In this document: positions 60,448 to 64,000 of the stretch, in pieces
How the letters are laid out: the number at the start of each line of letters is the position of its first letter
Numbering within the stretch: the stretch's first letter is position 1
Source: Macrostomum lignano
Lineage: Eukaryota
Direction: 5' to 3'
Assembly: GCA_002269645.1 (NCBI GenBank)
Contig: NIVC01000493.1
Coordinates: 310,001-374,000, forward strand
Length of the DNA: 64,000 nt
Program-made: the position numbers and the translations under genes
Notes under the pieces: generated by a model
The model's input: only the letters and a program-made list of their open reading frames with translations
Database searches by the model: none
What the model was told of the DNA's origin: nothing

Positions 60448-62341
60448 CAAAGAGTATTGAGGTCGCCTAGTATAGAGTGCCAATAAGGATGAAAATCTGA
60501 AGCCAATTTTTAGAATCTACCCACCCCCTCCGGTCACCAAGCTTTTTAGTCTATGGCGCAAGTTGTGGCTAGAATGGTGTACAAAGCCGATGCTCAGAAA
60601 TATAAGACATTTCACACTTAGAAAATGCATGTATCAACTAAGCAAGACAACATCGCTCAGTCACCAGACTCAGTTGCCGTCGTCGATATACAACTCCGTA
60701 ACAGCCATGCCATATAGCCCTTACGTCTGAATAACAAAAGCCATGCCACTAAAGTGTGCGGTAGCTAATTGCAATAACTGTGTTTCTGATGCATCTGTAT
60801 TAATCTTAAGCATCGGCTTTGTACACCATTCTAGCCACAACTTGTGCCATAGACTAAAAAGCTTGGTGACCGGAGGGGGTAGGTGGATTCTAAAAATTGG
60901 CTTCAGATTTTCATCCATATTGGCACTCTATACTGCACAGAATATACACAGAATGCCAAATCAAGCGATTTCCATGAAGCCGAATTAAAATTCGTGTGCA
61001 CAACTCTTTTTGTGAAGTCTATGGCCAGTACTAGTAGTATAAAATTAGCGAAGAATAATTTAGCAAAGTCTCGCAGGTAGTCAGAGACCCCACCTGGAGG
61101 ACCAAATGTAAAATTTTATCATTTTTTCGTATTTTATCATCTAAACAAACCAAACATTGAAAAACTCCAGCTAAGCAGAATTCATTCGCATCACAGTTAA
61201 ACTACAGTTAAACAGCATTTAATCGCATCAGCTTCTTCCTCTCTTCAGCTCTCTTTATTCCTGTCGTACGCCCCCGCTTTCTCTGCTGAGCGAGCGTCCT
61301 CTGACTGTTGCACCAGTGATGCAGGCGAAGTCTGGCAAACAACTTGGCCATTGCCTTAGCGTTCGCCGTGATCCGAGCTGTGCGTCTGAATATTTGCAAG
61401 AACAATAGGAAATAACTTTTCCTGAAGCCGTTTGCTCACGTCCTTCAGAAGCTCTTTGTCCGTTGTCGTGAAGGAGCGCTCCATCTGACAGACTGCAGAT
61501 ATGACTGCCTTGTTGGGAATGATCAGATTTCCAGTCTTGCCCTGTCCGTTCTTGAGCTGCAGGAAGCGCATCTCTCCCGAGCCATCGCCTTTTAACGACT
61601 GCTGGCACTCCTCGCACTTTTCCTCAGATTTGAATAGCTTGAAAAGCAGCCAGCCTCCTGGAGAATGGAGGAGAAATCTTGGAGAATGGAAAATTTTCAA
61701 GGGCAAATGTTTAAGGGGAGATGGCTTTTCTACGAACTTTTGAAAGACCCCTCATATAATAAGTTTACTCACCTCTCGCGGCTTGACGGAAATCGATGAA
61801 ATCGGGTGTCCGGAGGGCACTTGTAGGCATAGTTTGGGCATCCATAGGCTGCGCACTGGAGTCTGGATTTTCCAGCCATGCTGCGCAGAAACGCTCAGAC
61901 TGAACTTAATTTTCATTTGAAAGCAAAGAATAAAAGTCGCTCTTTGAATAGTCTATGGCAAAAACTCAAGCCCTACTTATCAAAGCTTCACAACAAGAGT
62001 AGGCTGGTGTGATTTCAATTCTTGCACTGATTTTTTAAACAAAAATTCTCGAATCGGCATTGTACCATGACCTTTGTGCCCGCTGGGCACTTATTCTTGC
62101 CTTTTTATGCCATAGACTACATTTAAGCCCGCTTGCAGGAGTCACACTTACTTTAATGCAAATTAGCGGGCAGTTAATATCATTAACTAATTTTGTCCCA
62201 CTTTGTCAAGGACACAAATGTCTATGGCACAATGATAACGGCGCCCTCTGATTTTCCCATTAACGCCCTTAAAGCATGGGTATTAATGTACTATTCTGTG
62301 TATATTCTGTGCTCTATACTAGGCGACCTCAATACTCTTTG
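60448..62341 (-). mobile_element. Internally deleted P-superfamily (THAP9-like) DNA transposon
   Basis: Perfect 30-bp TIR CAAAGAGTATTGAGGTCGCCTAGTATAGAG; perfect 8-bp TSD AGCTACAC at 60440-60447 and 62342-62349. THAP exon MAGKSRLQCAAYGCPNY...RFHRFPSSRER at 61773-61879 with a GTGAGT donor. P-transposase C-terminal fragments (GWLLFKL...CEEC...LIIP; RLRLHH) at 61208-61706. Confidence 0.88.
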
Positions 62342-62394
62342 AGCTACACAGATTATTGTTTACGTGGGGCAGCTCTGCCTTCAGACCACAGACT

Positions 62395-62748
62395 TCCTTG
62401 ACCCAGCCAAGGAGTTCTACAACCAGCAACCTGGTGTGGAAACGAGTTTTTCAGTTTTGCCTCATTAGGCCAGACTAGCATAGACAGAGTCAGACAGAGC
62501 CATAGACATTCAGTGCTGGCTCCTTATCTTTACAATTGGCATGGCCTCATGAGGTAAAGCTCGCTTCCACTCCAGGTTGCTAATTATAGAACTCCTTGAC
62601 CCAGCTGTATGGATTTTCCAGTTTTTTCCATAGACATTTTCACGTTCCGACGCTTACTCTCCTCGAGGTTTTGGCTCGTTTCAACCAAGGAGCTCTATAA
62701 TTAGCACCTTGCTAATTAGCACCTTGCTAATTATAGAACTCCTTGGTT
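62395..62748. repeat. Cluster of four inverted copies of a CCAAGGAGTTCTATAATTAGCA-type motif (MITE-like), including a 24-bp-arm palindrome at 62683-62748
   Basis: 62411-62471 pairs with 62543-62595; 62683-62706 pairs with 62725-62748 (1 mismatch). Confidence 0.75.
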
Positions 62749-63265
62749 TTAACCCTCTGCAGCCTGTCAATATTGCTCTATAACGTATTGATGCCTTATG
62801 ATCAGTTTGACTGAGATATTTCAAAGTCCTTAAAATTGCCTTATTTCAATTCATGTATCAAAACCAATTAAAATTAATTAAAAATAATTTCAATAGTTTG
62901 TAATTACTCAGATACAAAGCCTCATAAGTTATTTACTTATAGTTTGATTTTAATTTTTATCAAATTAAAAAAGTCCACAAAGTTTCAACCGATTGAAATT
63001 TGGAATGCTTGCCTTAAAGGCGTGATTTTTTTTCATTTTTAATGCAAAAACTTAGACGCGCAAATATAACCACTTGTGATTTGGGTGGCGCTGTTGGCCG
63101 CTAGATATATTTGCTGAATAAGTAGCTTCTTGTGGGAGCTTAACAGTCAAAGCCATTGGCTATGCGTTTGCAGACCACTGCGGCATGAGTTGGTTGGGAT
63201 CAACTCATAGGGTAGGGGTTGCTCATCAATGGTTTTAGTTTTAAGCAGGTTCGCGGCCCAGGTCC

Positions 63266-63913
63266 TTATTTCGCGTCGTAGGGCATGGTATAGTAGCAGA
63301 ACTTCTTGGCCCAACTGGAAATCGGTTGCAGTTGCGATGAGATTACACTTATGCTTAATGAAGCGCAGTGCTACGCAGTGTGAACTTACGTTGGCGCAGT
63401 GCAGCAGTACCTCTGCAGCATACAGTAGTTGCAGTGCCGGTAGCAGCAGGCATCCAGCACAGCACTCTCGGCTGAAATCAATTTTAATAAGGAACAAAAA
63501 TAAATCTATTTAGTCAGACGAACTCTGTACACAGCATCAAGCAGTTGCTGCGTCACGAGCTCACCAACTACACTGTTGCGCTCACCAGGGTGCATTGTGC
63601 TCCAAGGCAGTGAGCCGCCGCCCGTCTGTCTGTCGTCCGGCAGCACCTGCAGTTTGGAGAAATCGACGTCCCGCTTGGATGGAGCTTCGCCGGAAGCTTT
63701 TTTGCACGCCGCGTTGCTGGAGTTGTACAGGCCCACCTCTTTGCACAGCACCATGATGGTGCTGAGCAGTCTGCGCAAGTTGCAGGACCGGATGCGCTTG
63801 TGCGCGTACTCGTTCAGCCGGTTGGCCTCCTCCAGAGTCATCTTTGATGAAGCTGAAGCCATTGGCAGCAGCAGCAAAGGCAGCAGCAGCAGGGGCATTA
63901 GGAGAAGCGGCAT
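63266..63913 (-). CDS. Insulin-like peptide precursor, 3 coding exons, 159 aa, 10 cysteines
   Basis: Exons (-): 63565-63913, 63390-63471, 63266-63314; GT-AG, phase-compatible, 480 nt. Signal peptide MPLLLMPLLLLPLLLLPMASA; KR-IRSCNLRRLLSTIMVLC B chain; KR-delimited C peptide; A chain CCYRHCNYCMLQRYC fits CC-x3-C-x8-C. Confidence 0.88.
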
Positions 63914-64000
63914 GCACCCTGCAGACAGGTGAGGCATTGATAAATTAGACATAGGAAGTGGCTGAGCGAGAGACTGTTAGACTTACTCGAAGACCTTCCG

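Noticed and set aside
63914-63952. Upstream ATG (MSNLS...) for the insulin-like peptide
   Set aside because: It lies 5' of a clear acceptor (CTGCAG, 63919-63921), so it is probably intronic.

Overview
Eukaryotic (metazoan) genomic DNA with GC-rich exons, AT-rich introns and very dense minisatellites. This profile, plus a two-domain p40-type small HSP, suggests a free-living flatworm such as Macrostomum; that is an inference, not a database result. Host genes reconstructed by hand from splice signals and reading-frame phase: the last three exons of an anoctamin/TMEM16 (+, 2-1680), SMIM15 (+), tRNA-Gln(UUG), an intronless double alpha-crystallin small HSP (+), a complete 14-exon GluN2-like NMDA receptor subunit (-, 1237 aa, one GC-AG intron), a 6-exon MRPS15 (-, 320 aa) and a 3-exon insulin-like peptide with 10 cysteines (-, 159 aa). 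Intergenic and intronic space holds about 25 tandem arrays and nested DNA-transposon relics. These include MITEs with clear 8-bp TSDs, a Tc1 remnant, two internally deleted head-to-head Crypton tyrosine-recombinase relics, and an internally deleted THAP/P element with perfect 30-bp TIRs and an 8-bp TSD. Best leads: (1) three perfect heat-shock elements plus a TATA-like box with no HSP ORF behind them, bracketed by inverted repeat arms; (2) the octamer CCATAGAC, seen at least 27 times across unrelated mobile elements; (3) the 10-Cys insulin-like peptide; (4) an intronic array built from the NMDA exon junction that leaves a stop-containing decoy acceptor. No CRISPR array or rRNA was seen. All coordinates and counts are manual.
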